DNA of 64,000 nucleotides from Candidatus Levyibacteriota bacterium (GCA_016199085.1 JACQHJ010000002.1:31000-94999), one strand, 5' to 3'. Shown: positions 38,699-48,426, counted from the stretch's first letter. Program-made: numbers and translations. Notes: generated by a model not told the origin, from the sequence alone.

Positions 38699-39233
38699 GA
38701 CAGCAGCATTGTTTCCCTTGGGGGAAGATGTATCAAATAGAATTTTTTCTGCAATTAGCCTAGGTGAAAAAAGCTGGGAGGATGTTGTTAATGACCAAAC
38801 GGCAATAATGATGAGGGAAAATCCTTTTGCGCTGACTCATCTAGGCATGGTTGCTTCTGGCCGTGGGGGAATTTCCCAAGAAGGCTTTATGATTGGATTT
38901 TGTCTAATGTATGCAATACTAAGGGAAAAATCGGAAGAAGGCACAGTTCCAGAGCTGGTTTTTGATTTCGTAGAGGGATATGCAAAAGATAAGTATGAGC
39001 GCGAAGAGGCGTTTTTTGATGATCCCGATCTGGAATTTAACGAAATTGAATATCAAAATACGGAATCAAATATGTTTAGACTTTTAGAACGAGGTTTATA
39101 TTCCAGCTTAGATAAACATTTAAGCGCTCGGGGAGGCTTGTTTTTTGACTCAAGGTTTATCGGCATTGTTTATTCCTATTTTCTTTTTAGACAAGGACTT
39201 TCAAATCCAGCCAACTATTCAATACCAGCATAA
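38667..39233 (+). CDS. Hypothetical protein, compositionally atypical
   Basis: 188-aa ORF upstream of the HD/MazG pair; no motif. Confidence 0.35.
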   Translation: MVLEIGREVPKTAALFPLGEDVSNRIFSAISLGEKSWEDVVNDQTAIMMRENPFALTHLGMVASGRGGISQEGFMIGFCLMYAILREKSEEGTVPELVFDFVEGYAKDKYEREEAFFDDPDLEFNEIEYQNTESNMFRLLERGLYSSLDKHLSARGGLFFDSRFIGIVYSYFLFRQGLSNPANYSIPA

Positions 39234-39270
39234 TTTAATTATCTTGTATTTTTAAAAGCTCTGGGCTACA

Positions 39271-39903
39271 ATGCGCCTTATGAGGAAAACTAAAACCGAA
39301 AAGGGAAGAAAAGCAATTATTAATTTCTTATTTGAAGTTGGAGCTCTCTCCAAAACTCCAAGATCAGCCTTCTACTTTCTCGGAAGCGGTGGCCAATCGG
39401 TATCAGAACACATTACAAGAACTGCATATATAGGTTATGTCCTTTCTATTTTAGATGGAAAAGTAGACGGCGCTAAAATAATGCAAATGTGTCTTCTGCA
39501 CGATCTTGCTGAAACAAGAACTTCTGATTTAAATTATGTCCACCAAAAATACACAATATCTGATGAGTATAAAGCAATAGAAGATTTGGCAGCTACTCTT
39601 CCTTTTGGAGAAAAAATTTTAAAAACCCTCAAAGAATATGCTGCAAGAAAATCAAGGGAGGCAATTCTTGCAAAGGAAGCAGATCGTCTGGAATGGATAT
39701 TGACCCTAAAAGAACAGGTTGATGTCGGAAATACAAGGGCAAAAACCTGGATTCCCTCTGGTGTTAAACGGCTTGAAACAAAAATAGGCAAAGAGCTTGC
39801 CAAAGTAATTGTAAAAACTAATTCGGATGACTGGTGGTTTTCAAATAAAAAAGATAGTTGGTGGGTAACAAGAAACAAAGATATCCTCAAGAAGAGATTT
39901 TAA
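39271..39903 (+). CDS. HD-domain hydrolase, YfbR-like 5'-deoxynucleotidase
   Basis: SVSEHITRTAYIG (His of HD), LLHDLAETRTSDL (HD), EYKAIE match E. coli YfbR motifs ENVSEHS / YHDASE / EYKAIE. Confidence 0.65.
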   Translation: MRLMRKTKTEKGRKAIINFLFEVGALSKTPRSAFYFLGSGGQSVSEHITRTAYIGYVLSILDGKVDGAKIMQMCLLHDLAETRTSDLNYVHQKYTISDEYKAIEDLAATLPFGEKILKTLKEYAARKSREAILAKEADRLEWILTLKEQVDVGNTRAKTWIPSGVKRLETKIGKELAKVIVKTNSDDWWFSNKKDSWWVTRNKDILKKRF

Positions 39904-39912
39904 ATTAATTTA

Positions 39913-40308
39913 ATGAATAAATATCAAAAAATAGTTAAAAAATTTGAAAAAGATAGGAATTGGGGACAGTTTCATAATCCTAAAGATTTACTCTTGGGAA
40001 TAGTTGAGGAGGTAGGAGAGCTAAGAAACATTGTTAAGTGGGAACAGGATCCTGAAGTCTTAAAGAAAACACTTATTAAAAATAAAGACGAGGTTGCCGA
40101 TGGTATAGGAGATATTTTTTTCCTTTTAGCGCATTTGGCAAACAGTAGCGGTGTCGATATAGATAAGGCTGTTGCAACAACAATTAAAGATTTAAGAAAA
40201 CGATTTCCGGTCAAGGATTTTAAAGATAATCATGGTAATCGGTATATTGAAGGTAAAGATAAGAAAGATGGAGTAAAGAAATCCAGAAACTTCAAAAAAC
40301 GCTCCTAA
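39913..40308 (+). CDS. MazG-like nucleoside triphosphate pyrophosphohydrolase
   Basis: EEVGELRN and EVADGIGDIFF metal-binding EExxE/D motifs of the MazG/NTP-PPase fold; 10 nt after the HD gene. Confidence 0.65.
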   Translation: MNKYQKIVKKFEKDRNWGQFHNPKDLLLGIVEEVGELRNIVKWEQDPEVLKKTLIKNKDEVADGIGDIFFLLAHLANSSGVDIDKAVATTIKDLRKRFPVKDFKDNHGNRYIEGKDKKDGVKKSRNFKKRS

Positions 40309-40525
40309 AATTCCTCAATTGACATTTACATTTTATTAATATCCTAGCATTATCTCTAAAAGTAGAAACCTTTACAGCTTTTTGCAATAAATACTGGGTA
40401 CCAATTATTATCCTTACTTGCAATGGGAGCGGTAATAGGAGTAATCTAAGTTTTCAAAAAAACAGAACTTATTCTTGAAATTTTTCGTGTTTCATTATGA
40501 TAGCTGGGGACATTGATTCAGTAAG

Positions 40526-41059
40526 TTATATGGTAAAACGATAACGGGTCATTTTTAATCCTGGATATTTTTCTGCTTTTCCTTCTCTTTCTAATCTTTC
40601 CCAGATAGCTAGATGTGGGGGAAGTTCCTGATAAGAACTGGATCTTAGTGGCATGCCAAAAAACATATGGGAAAGAGCGTTCATTACCAGTAGTCTTTGT
40701 CTGCCCAGGCCTTTTCTTCTAAGTTTTTTTGCAGTAGAAGAAAAGCCTATAATCGGAAGCCCAATTTCGTCGATGTGGTCGGGTTGTATATTTCCATTAC
40801 CAGTAGGCCTATCGTTTTTATCAAAATCTTCGATGTGAATTTTTCCACCAAATCCTCCTGTTACGCCAAGAGTTTTACTGCCATCCGCATAACTTATCGC
40901 AAAAGCTACACTACCTTTTTTATGCTTTATGGTTTGTATTAATGAGTCGGGTAAAACTTCCGGACTTATTTCTGTAATAGTACCACTTGGGAAATGCGCC
41001 GCAAAAACTTCCGGGTTTAGGCTTAACTCATCTATCGTTGGTCCAGGCGTTTCCAACAT
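40526..41059 (-). CDS. Putative GNAT-like protein, compositionally atypical
   Basis: LRRKGLGRQRLL resembles GNAT motif A (R/Q-x-x-G-x-G/A); otherwise no match. Confidence 0.3.
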   Translation of the reverse strand: MLETPGPTIDELSLNPEVFAAHFPSGTITEISPEVLPDSLIQTIKHKKGSVAFAISYADGSKTLGVTGGFGGKIHIEDFDKNDRPTGNGNIQPDHIDEIGLPIIGFSSTAKKLRRKGLGRQRLLVMNALSHMFFGMPLRSSSYQELPPHLAIWERLEREGKAEKYPGLKMTRYRFTI

Positions 41060-41127
41060 AATAACGGATTATATCATTATGGAATTGATATATTGACAAA
41101 ATGCCCATTTTAATGTACATTTATATT

Positions 41128-41397
41128 ATGACACAGGTAATACCAGTAACAGAAGCTAGAAGAATACTTCTTAGTCTTGTAGACGAAATAAATGAGGCAT
41201 ATACAAGAGTAGATTTAACTAAAAACGGTAAGGTTAAAGCTACTTTAGTTTCTCCTGACTATCTTGATTCTCTAGAGGAGACAATTTATAGTCTTAAAAA
41301 CTCTTACTCAGATATTAAGCTTTCTGAAAAAGAATTAAAACTAGGTAGGTTCTTAACATTAGAAGAAGTTAAAAAGAAATATAGCAATAAACAATAG
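41128..41397 (+). CDS. Phd/YefM-family antitoxin
   Basis: MTQVIPVTEARRILLSLVDEI N-terminus typical of Phd/YefM; followed by a RelE-like gene. Confidence 0.7.
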   Translation: MTQVIPVTEARRILLSLVDEINEAYTRVDLTKNGKVKATLVSPDYLDSLEETIYSLKNSYSDIKLSEKELKLGRFLTLEEVKKKYSNKQ

Positions 41398-41403
41398 CTT
41401 CAA

Positions 41404-41661
41404 ATGTCAGCCAAAAATCTACACATATCTCAAAGCGTTGATAAAAATCTATCAAAACTCCCAAAACATATACAGACAAGAATAATTTCATCCTTTGATA
41501 AAATTATTCAAAATCCAGTTTCTGGTATTAAGTTACATGGAGAGCTTAAGAATTACTATAAATTTAGAGTTGGAGATTACAGAATAATATATAGCTTTAA
41601 TGCAAAAGAAAGTTTAATACAAATAGTTAAAATCGAACATCGTCAAGGTGTATATAAATAA
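41404..41661 (+). CDS. RelE/ParE-family toxin
   Basis: 85 aa; YKFRVGDYRIIYSF...IVKIEHRQ pattern of RelE/ParE. Confidence 0.7.
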   Translation: MSAKNLHISQSVDKNLSKLPKHIQTRIISSFDKIIQNPVSGIKLHGELKNYYKFRVGDYRIIYSFNAKESLIQIVKIEHRQGVYK

Positions 41662-41912
41662 ACCCTAATGTCATCTATACCACGGAGCAAATTTTAGCCT
41701 CATGATTGACTTCTAATATAATTAGCTTTATATGAACCTATCAATCGGGACGGCAAGAGCGCAAATCAACATTTTAGCTTCCCGTTTGTTGTAAAAATTA
41801 AGCTTCCTCCTCCGAGAATTGCAAAGGAAATATCTCCTCTACGGCTATAAACTAGTATTCTTCCAGAAAATATAACCTTGACCTTCAAGAAAGAAAAAGT
41901 TAGAATTCGTGC

Positions 41913-42881
41913 ATGGGTTTTCCTTATCATGAATTAATTCCCGCTGCTGTGCTCTTGGATAATCCGGGACTGACTAAGGAAGAATTTAGTAGAAAACTGC
42001 AAGCTACTCATTATTCATTAGGCGTAGCCAGCAGGAGCGCTTCTTGGGATTCGTATACAGAAAGTGAAAGTTTTACTCCTGAAGAACTGCCAATAATTCT
42101 AGGACTTAGTTATTCAAGTGCTTTCACAGAGTTTCAAAAACCAAGACGGGATGTAAACGGAATATTTCTTCACCCACCAACCATGCGAATTGTTTTCCAA
42201 AATACAGACAAAGGTTTAGCCGCGGAAAGATATGAAGTAACAACTCATGTGGCAAACGCATTAGGAGAAATGGAACAAAAATCTATTTCAAGTCGAAGAA
42301 ATATTCGCGCAGGAGAAGCCATAACTTTCATTAATGCATATTTAGAAGACGTAGATTATCTAGTAAGTTCAGTTGCGAGAAAATCTATTCAAGGGCAAAG
42401 AATTACGCCCCAACTTCACACTGAAAGTTTTGCGACATTTGAGGACTTATACAGAGTATGGCCACAATTTAAGCCAGAGAGCATGTACGATTTCTCTACC
42501 ACTCAAGGAAAATTTAATTTTGTATTTGGCGGAGGTAATTTTATATGGAAACAAGTTGATGGGAAATTTTATTTGGATCAGTCCACATTTGATCGCATAC
42601 CTGCAGGATTTTTGGTAAATGAAGATTTAAATTTAGGATACGCTGATCTAATTTTAACAGCCGAAGCAATAAGGCAAAGTGCTTGGAAATTATTGTCTTA
42701 TAGAGGATTATTTTATTTAAGAGATTTTCTTACTGCATTTCCAGATTCAAGAGCAAGATATGAAAGAGCAGTTTGGGATTCTCATACCTCCCTGTTTGCT
42801 AAAAGAAAAGGGATGACAAACACAGAGTTTCTGAGAATGAGACTTTTCCCCCTCTCTGGTGTTAGCGTAGAAGAAAAATAG
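41913..42881 (+). CDS. Hypothetical protein, compositionally atypical
   Basis: 322-aa ORF; no SD; no motif. Confidence 0.4.
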   Translation: MGFPYHELIPAAVLLDNPGLTKEEFSRKLQATHYSLGVASRSASWDSYTESESFTPEELPIILGLSYSSAFTEFQKPRRDVNGIFLHPPTMRIVFQNTDKGLAAERYEVTTHVANALGEMEQKSISSRRNIRAGEAITFINAYLEDVDYLVSSVARKSIQGQRITPQLHTESFATFEDLYRVWPQFKPESMYDFSTTQGKFNFVFGGGNFIWKQVDGKFYLDQSTFDRIPAGFLVNEDLNLGYADLILTAEAIRQSAWKLLSYRGLFYLRDFLTAFPDSRARYERAVWDSHTSLFAKRKGMTNTEFLRMRLFPLSGVSVEEK

Positions 42882-42930
42882 TCAAACTCATCTTCTTCCA
42901 GAAGACATAGACCTCTGCTATAATTGCCTC

Positions 42931-44028
42931 ATGTTAGGGATTGGAATTGTCGGTCTTCCAAATGTTGGAAAATCAACGCTTTTTAACGCGCTTTTGAAAA
43001 AACAGCAGGCTTTGGCTGCAAACTATCCCTTTGCCACAATTGAGCCAAACATAGGAGTTGTTGCTGTCCCTGATGAAAGACTAACCAAGCTTGCCGAAAT
43101 AACAAGTAAAGAGGAGAAAATGGCAAGTCTTCCCCCCATTAAGCCGGCTACTGTTGAATTTGTCGATATTGCAGGACTTGTTAAGGGAGCCAGTGAGGGA
43201 GCAGGACTTGGCAACAAATTCCTTTCTCACATAAGAGAGGTTTCGGTCATAGCCCACGTTGTAAGAAGTTTTGAAGACGATAATGTCATAAAAGAAGGAG
43301 CAGTTGATCCAAAATCAGACTTTGAAACAATTAGAACCGAACTTCAGATTGCAGACTTACAAACTCTGCAAAATCTCAATGAAAAAGCCTTAAGAACAGA
43401 TCCTGTTAAAAAATCCGTCGTCGAAAAACTAAAGGCAGTTTTAAATGAAGGAAAAAATGCATTTGAAATAAAGCTTTCCGAGGAAGAAAGTATTTCAATT
43501 AAGGAATTAAGTCTTTTAACTGCAAAAAAAGAAATTGTTGTTTTAAATATTTCAGAAGGGGATTATAATCCCGAGTCAATTGCAAACATTGTTAGTAAAT
43601 ACTCGGACCTTCTTAAAATTGATGGTGAAAAACTTGTCGTAATCTGTGCAAAAATAGAATCTGATTTAGCATCGCTTTCCGAGGATGAACAGAAAGAATA
43701 CTTAAAAAGCTTAGGAATTGATAAGTCAGGTCTTGAAAGACTCATTCAAAAAGCATACCTAGAACTTGGTCTTATTTCTTTTTTAACAGCCGGAGTTAAG
43801 GAGGTAAGGGCATGGACAATTAAAAAAGGTTTTACAGCTTCCTTGGCAAGCGGAGAAATTCATACGGATTTTATGAAGAAATTTATAAAAGCAGAGGCCG
43901 TATCCTTTGAAAATTTTGTAGAGTATGGTGGATGGAAAGGCGCAAGGGAGAAGGGAAAAGCAAGGCTTGAGGGAAGGGATTATATTGTTAATGATGGAGA
44001 TATTATTGAGTTTAAGATAGGGACTTGA
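42931..44028 (+). CDS. ychF: Ribosome-binding ATPase YchF
   Basis: [18 protein letters not shown]-loop, TGS-type C-terminal domain, 365 aa. Confidence 0.85.
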   Translation: MLGIGIVGLPNVGKSTLFNALLKKQQALAANYPFATIEPNIGVVAVPDERLTKLAEITSKEEKMASLPPIKPATVEFVDIAGLVKGASEGAGLGNKFLSHIREVSVIAHVVRSFEDDNVIKEGAVDPKSDFETIRTELQIADLQTLQNLNEKALRTDPVKKSVVEKLKAVLNEGKNAFEIKLSEEESISIKELSLLTAKKEIVVLNISEGDYNPESIANIVSKYSDLLKIDGEKLVVICAKIESDLASLSEDEQKEYLKSLGIDKSGLERLIQKAYLELGLISFLTAGVKEVRAWTIKKGFTASLASGEIHTDFMKKFIKAEAVSFENFVEYGGWKGAREKGKARLEGRDYIVNDGDIIEFKIGT

Positions 44029-44066
44029 TTGACTTCTGAAATTCTAAACTGTAAAATTGGCAAATT

Positions 44067-45479
44067 ATGTTAGGTGAATATCGACCAGCTACTATTCCGC
44101 GACCGGAAATTCTAAGAAGAGTTGATTTAGAAGATAGGCTGGCAAAAAGAGTTTTCATTACCGGGGCATATATGCAAACTCCATTTGGGGGATTAAGAAG
44201 CACGCTAGATGCAAGATTAAGGGGAGAATCTGCTGTAGTTTCATTTCCTGATACTGGAATTGATGATGTAAGTGTTGCTGCTCCTTTAAATTTCAATGCT
44301 AGAGAACATCTAGATTTAGGAAGAGAAGATAAATGGTATTCGGAACTTGCAGTTTTGGAACTATATGTAATTACTCAGGCTCTTGGTAGTGCTTCTATGT
44401 TGGATGAGAATGGAAGACTAGACGTAACACGATTAAATGCATATAAAGGTGGTCTTTTTGGTAATTCAGGAATAGGTCAGGCATTAGGCCTTGTAGATAT
44501 ACACGATATGATTAAGCTGAACAATGATCTAAGAAGACAGTTGGCTAGTGGAGAAATTGATAGAGCAACGTTTTTAGAACGACGAGCGGTTATTAAGGGA
44601 TCAGATGCTTTTCGGGCCTTTCCAGACCAAGGTAATTCAAGGACAGCTGAATATCATAAGCTTATGGGGAAAGGAAATTATGCTTCACAGGCTTGTGCAT
44701 CAGGTCAAGCTGCAGTAGTTGATGCATACGAAAGCATAAAAAGCGGAAAAAACCGTTGGGCAATAGCTGGAGGAATTGAAAGATCCCTAACCCATCCTGA
44801 ATTATCTTTTGCCTCATTTGATATCTTGCATTCATTGTCGCATAATCCCGATCCTCAAAGCGCAAGTAGACCGCTTGATAGAAATAGAGATGGTTTTATT
44901 ATTGGTGAAGGAGCAGGATACTTAATCTTAGAAAGTGAGGATCAGGCTTTGGAAAGAGGAGCAACGATACTTGCAGAGATCACTGGGGGAGAAAACGTAA
45001 TGGACGGATTCAAGAAAACAGAGGCAAATCCAGACAGAATTGCTATGGCCATAGGAAAGACATGTGAGGTAGGAGCAGAAGAGGCAACGGAGGAAACTCC
45101 AGAAGGAGATATTGTTTTTCCAGACGTTGCTTATTTACATTTAACGTCAACTGAGCTTGGAGATAGAGTAGAGATAGAAGCAATAAGAAAAGTTTGGGGA
45201 GAATATACCAGATATATTCCTTTAGTAGGCAATAAGTCTGCTTTTGGCCACGCACTTGGAGCAGCAGGGGCAATTAATACTATTGAGGCAGTTTATGGAA
45301 TTATTGACGGAGTTGTTGCTCCGACCATACATCTTAGGGAAAGAGGAGAAGAATTTGAGGACTTAGATGTTGTAGAAACAGCAAGAAGGATTAATCCTCA
45401 GACCGCGCTAGTTACAGCTAATGGATTTGGCGGTTGGACCTCTGCCCTTCTTTTAAAAAAGTTTGATCCAGCAGCTTAG
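44067..45479 (+). CDS. Beta-ketoacyl synthase (FabF/FabB-like KAS), compositionally atypical
   Basis: RVFITGAYMQTPFGG N-terminus, active-site Cys QACASGQAAV, His motifs LHLTSTELGD and NKSAFGHALGAAGA, C-terminal NGFGGWTSALLLKK; insertions relative to about 410-aa FabF. Confidence 0.6.
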   Translation: MLGEYRPATIPRPEILRRVDLEDRLAKRVFITGAYMQTPFGGLRSTLDARLRGESAVVSFPDTGIDDVSVAAPLNFNAREHLDLGREDKWYSELAVLELYVITQALGSASMLDENGRLDVTRLNAYKGGLFGNSGIGQALGLVDIHDMIKLNNDLRRQLASGEIDRATFLERRAVIKGSDAFRAFPDQGNSRTAEYHKLMGKGNYASQACASGQAAVVDAYESIKSGKNRWAIAGGIERSLTHPELSFASFDILHSLSHNPDPQSASRPLDRNRDGFIIGEGAGYLILESEDQALERGATILAEITGGENVMDGFKKTEANPDRIAMAIGKTCEVGAEEATEETPEGDIVFPDVAYLHLTSTELGDRVEIEAIRKVWGEYTRYIPLVGNKSAFGHALGAAGAINTIEAVYGIIDGVVAPTIHLRERGEEFEDLDVVETARRINPQTALVTANGFGGWTSALLLKKFDPAA

Positions 45480-45569
45480 TTTGTATTCGTAATGCCATTA
45501 TTTGTATAATCATTTTATGATAGAAGTGGACTACCCTAGGATGTTCTTGGAAAAGAAGAAAAGGTTGGT

Positions 45570-46307
45570 CTATTTTGTTCTAGCAGCTTCCAGAAGTGTA
45601 TTTTTCCATCCTCCGATAAATTGATCTCCTGGGCAAGTAGTTTTCGGATTAATTTCTCTATGCCCAAAGATTCTCCCTAAAGAAACAAAGGGGTAATTTT
45701 GTTTAATAATATCAACAACTGCATTTATTTGATTGTCTTGCGGACTTTTATGCTTATAATCTCCTGCTAAAACTATGGCAACGCTTCTTGTATTAATATC
45801 CCAGTCGCCGGACTGCCAACCGATATATTTGTCTTCCAAAAGTCTTTTATTCTTTCCGTTTGGAAAAACAATATGGTGATACGCAAAAAATACCATTTTT
45901 CCGTTCCTGAAATGACCCGACCAGACTGGCTGTCCTTTTACATTATTTCCGTTAACCTCTCCTTTTAGATAGTTACTTCCATATTGCCTAATAAATCCTA
46001 TTGCCGAAAGCTTATCTAATTTCATATGCGGATCTTCATCGCTATGATGAATGACAATAGTGTCAATGGGTTTTCTTTCCTTATCAAAATTAGGACCCTC
46101 TTTGGCTAGGGAAATAAGGTTTTCTTCAAGCATTTGGGTTACGAGATCATAAAATATATGCCTTTCTGTTTTAATTTCAGGATTATCTTCTATGGGGAAA
46201 ACTTTTGTGTTCAAAAAATCAGAAAGCCTTATGTACCAATTGGGATATTGAAGCTGTTTTCTAAATAAGTCCAAATCAAAGCTTGATTTATCATTTGCTA
46301 GTCCCAT
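45570..46307 (-). CDS. N-acetylmuramoyl-L-alanine amidase (Amidase_2/PGRP domain)
   Basis: IVIHHS, GWQSGDWDINTRSVAIVLAGDY, GHREI...TCPG zinc-amidase motifs; start set to internal Met at 46307 (track ORF extends to 46499 through a low-complexity frame). Confidence 0.6.
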   Translation of the reverse strand: MGLANDKSSFDLDLFRKQLQYPNWYIRLSDFLNTKVFPIEDNPEIKTERHIFYDLVTQMLEENLISLAKEGPNFDKERKPIDTIVIHHSDEDPHMKLDKLSAIGFIRQYGSNYLKGEVNGNNVKGQPVWSGHFRNGKMVFFAYHHIVFPNGKNKRLLEDKYIGWQSGDWDINTRSVAIVLAGDYKHKSPQDNQINAVVDIIKQNYPFVSLGRIFGHREINPKTTCPGDQFIGGWKNTLLEAARTK

Positions 46308-46341
46308 ATAATTACTATATCGCAAGAGAAAGATTAATGTA

Positions 46342-47340
46342 ATGGCAGAAGTAAAGCAAGTCTCAGACAATATAGAAGCCAAAATAACTGCAAGAAAAGA
46401 AAGAATAACCCAAGAAGTAGATAAGATTGATACGCTTTTTGAAGTAGAACATCTTCCTGGATTTGAGGATAGAGTGGGATATTTTCCAATTCTAGACAAT
46501 TTGGCAGGAAGGCCTGTCTTAGCCAGGTTTTCATATGGTAAAAACGCCCCAAATATGTCTGCAAAATTTTTTGATAATAATAAAGGCGAAAGCGAAGTAA
46601 CAAATGAGAGAAATAGACGTGAATTCTTAGAACAATTGGGTTTTCCAAACTACCCATTTGTTTTACAAACGGTCGGAGCATTTGAAGGAGCAGAGCCACA
46701 GATAGAAGAAGTAAATGTGGATACGTTGAAAGATAAAACAAAAGTCGTTGGAAATATAGTTTTTACAAGAGATCCCGAACTTACTCTGGACATTATTCCC
46801 GCAGATTGTCCAACGGGTGTTTTGTATTGCAAAGATAGTCAAGGTAATCCGATTGCAGCTATCCTTCACGGAGGAGCGGATGCTCTTAATGCAGGAATGA
46901 TAAGGCAAGGTTTATGGGTCTTGCGAGATGAATACGGAGTTGATTTAAGTCAAGCCGTGCTTGGTATAGCTCCAGGAGTTTTAGCAAAAAACTATTTTAT
47001 AACTAATGAGCCTGAACGAAGAGGAAACGGCATTATTGAAAGAAACTGGGGAGATTATATAACCGAGAAGACAACAGATGATCCTTCTGAAAAAAGATAC
47101 GTGGATTTAACAAGCGCTTTTGTGATGCAGGCTCTGGAAGCAGGACTTAATACTGATAATATTCAGACATACGGTGGAGTAGACACTTATCAGGACGCTT
47201 CTGACGAAAAAGCATATTCAAGAAGGTATTATAATGAACATGATAAAAAAAGACCTGGAGGCCAAATTTTAGCAGTTCGCCTAAATCCAGATGCCGTAAA
47301 TAAAAGCTCAGGGCTATATAGTTTGCCCCAAGCAGCTTGA
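46342..47340 (+). CDS. YfiH/PgeF-like (DUF152, laccase-domain purine nucleoside phosphorylase / peptidoglycan editing factor) homolog, compositionally atypical
   Basis: PADCPTGVLYC (YfiH TADCLPV), AAILHGGADAL (AAHAGWRG), C-terminal AYSRRYYNE...GGQILAVRL (FFSYRRD...GRMASFIWL); 332 aa versus about 245 aa. Confidence 0.45.
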   Translation: MAEVKQVSDNIEAKITARKERITQEVDKIDTLFEVEHLPGFEDRVGYFPILDNLAGRPVLARFSYGKNAPNMSAKFFDNNKGESEVTNERNRREFLEQLGFPNYPFVLQTVGAFEGAEPQIEEVNVDTLKDKTKVVGNIVFTRDPELTLDIIPADCPTGVLYCKDSQGNPIAAILHGGADALNAGMIRQGLWVLRDEYGVDLSQAVLGIAPGVLAKNYFITNEPERRGNGIIERNWGDYITEKTTDDPSEKRYVDLTSAFVMQALEAGLNTDNIQTYGGVDTYQDASDEKAYSRRYYNEHDKKRPGGQILAVRLNPDAVNKSSGLYSLPQAA

Positions 47341-47390
47341 GGTTTATTTCTATCTTGCTTATAACTTCATGCTTTGATAAAATTAGAGCC

Positions 47391-47660
47391 ATGAGAAATT
47401 ACCAATTGGTTTTTGTTTTGAAACCGTCACTAACGGATGCAAACAGAAAAAAGACAATAGATTTAGTCAAAGATTTTCTAAAATCTGCAAAAATTACTAA
47501 AACTGATGAAATGGGAGAAAAAGATTTAGCCTATTCCATTAAAAAAGAAGCTAAGGGAGTATATTATAATTTCCTTTTTGAAGCAGAAGATATTACAGGG
47601 CTTGATAAAAGACTTATCGGAAACGAAGACATTTTAAGATCTTTACTTATAAGAGTATAA
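47391..47660 (+). CDS. rpsF: 30S ribosomal protein S6
   Basis: MRNYQLVFVLKP...; rpsF-ssb-rpsR synteny. Confidence 0.8.
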   Translation: MRNYQLVFVLKPSLTDANRKKTIDLVKDFLKSAKITKTDEMGEKDLAYSIKKEAKGVYYNFLFEAEDITGLDKRLIGNEDILRSLLIRV

Positions 47661-47667
47661 TACAAAT

Positions 47668-48162
47668 ATGGCACGAAGTTTAAACAGAGTACAACTTATA
47701 GGAAATCTAACCAGAGATCCGGAGTTAAGATATACGCCGTCAGGGGCTGCTGTCTGCTCGTTTAGTATTGCAACAAATAGATCCTGGACAACCGATAGCG
47801 GAGAGAAAAAGGATGAGAGTGAGTTTCATCGAATCGTTGCCTGGAATAAGCTTGCCGAAATCTGTTCACAGTTTTTAACAAAAGGAAGAAAGGCATATGT
47901 TGAAGGAAGACTCTCGACCAGATCTTGGACAGGCCAAGACGGAGTCCAAAAACAGACAACCGAAATTATCATCTCAGACATGATTTTACTTGATAACAGA
48001 AGACCGGAAGGCGAGGTAACGTCTAAGCCTGCAACAGAGGAAGAAAAACCTAAAGCCAAAGAGAAGGCAAAAGAGGAAAAGAAGAAAGAATCAGCCCAAG
48101 AAACTGCAGAAGATCAAGAGCTACCTGGGGAGGATATAGCCGCAGACGATATCCCATTCTAA
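47668..48162 (+). CDS. ssb: Single-stranded DNA-binding protein
   Basis: OB fold NRVQLIGNLTRDPELRYTPSGAAV, acidic tail ending DDIPF. Confidence 0.85.
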   Translation: MARSLNRVQLIGNLTRDPELRYTPSGAAVCSFSIATNRSWTTDSGEKKDESEFHRIVAWNKLAEICSQFLTKGRKAYVEGRLSTRSWTGQDGVQKQTTEIIISDMILLDNRRPEGEVTSKPATEEEKPKAKEKAKEEKKKESAQETAEDQELPGEDIAADDIPF

Positions 48163-48174
48163 AGAAAGATATAA

Positions 48175-48426
48175 ATGGCAAAAAGAAAGAAGAAATTTTT
48201 AAAACGGTTACAAAAGACTAACGCTCCTAAGGAGTGTTATTTTTGCACTGAAAAAAAAGATCCGGATTTCCTCGATTCCCAAACTCTTAACAGATTTGTA
48301 ACAGAAAGAGGAAAGATTATCGGAAGAGTAAGAAGCGGACTTTGCACAAAACACCAGAAAAAACTTACGGTTTCTGTAAAACACGCAAGACACTTAGCCA
48401 TACTTCCTTTTGTTATAAGAGGTTAA
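48175..48426 (+). CDS. rpsR: 30S ribosomal protein S18
   Basis: CYFCTEKKDPDF...RFVTERGKIIGRVRSGLCTKHQKKL. Confidence 0.85.
   Translation: MAKRKKKFLKRLQKTNAPKECYFCTEKKDPDFLDSQTLNRFVTERGKIIGRVRSGLCTKHQKKLTVSVKHARHLAILPFVIRG

Noticed and set aside
41662-41912. Possible promoter (TTGACT...TATAAT) and a 14-codon minus-strand ORF downstream of a GGAGGAGG string
   Set aside because: The hexamer spacing is wrong (5 nt), and the SD-like string is about 30 nt from the ATG. No support beyond chance.
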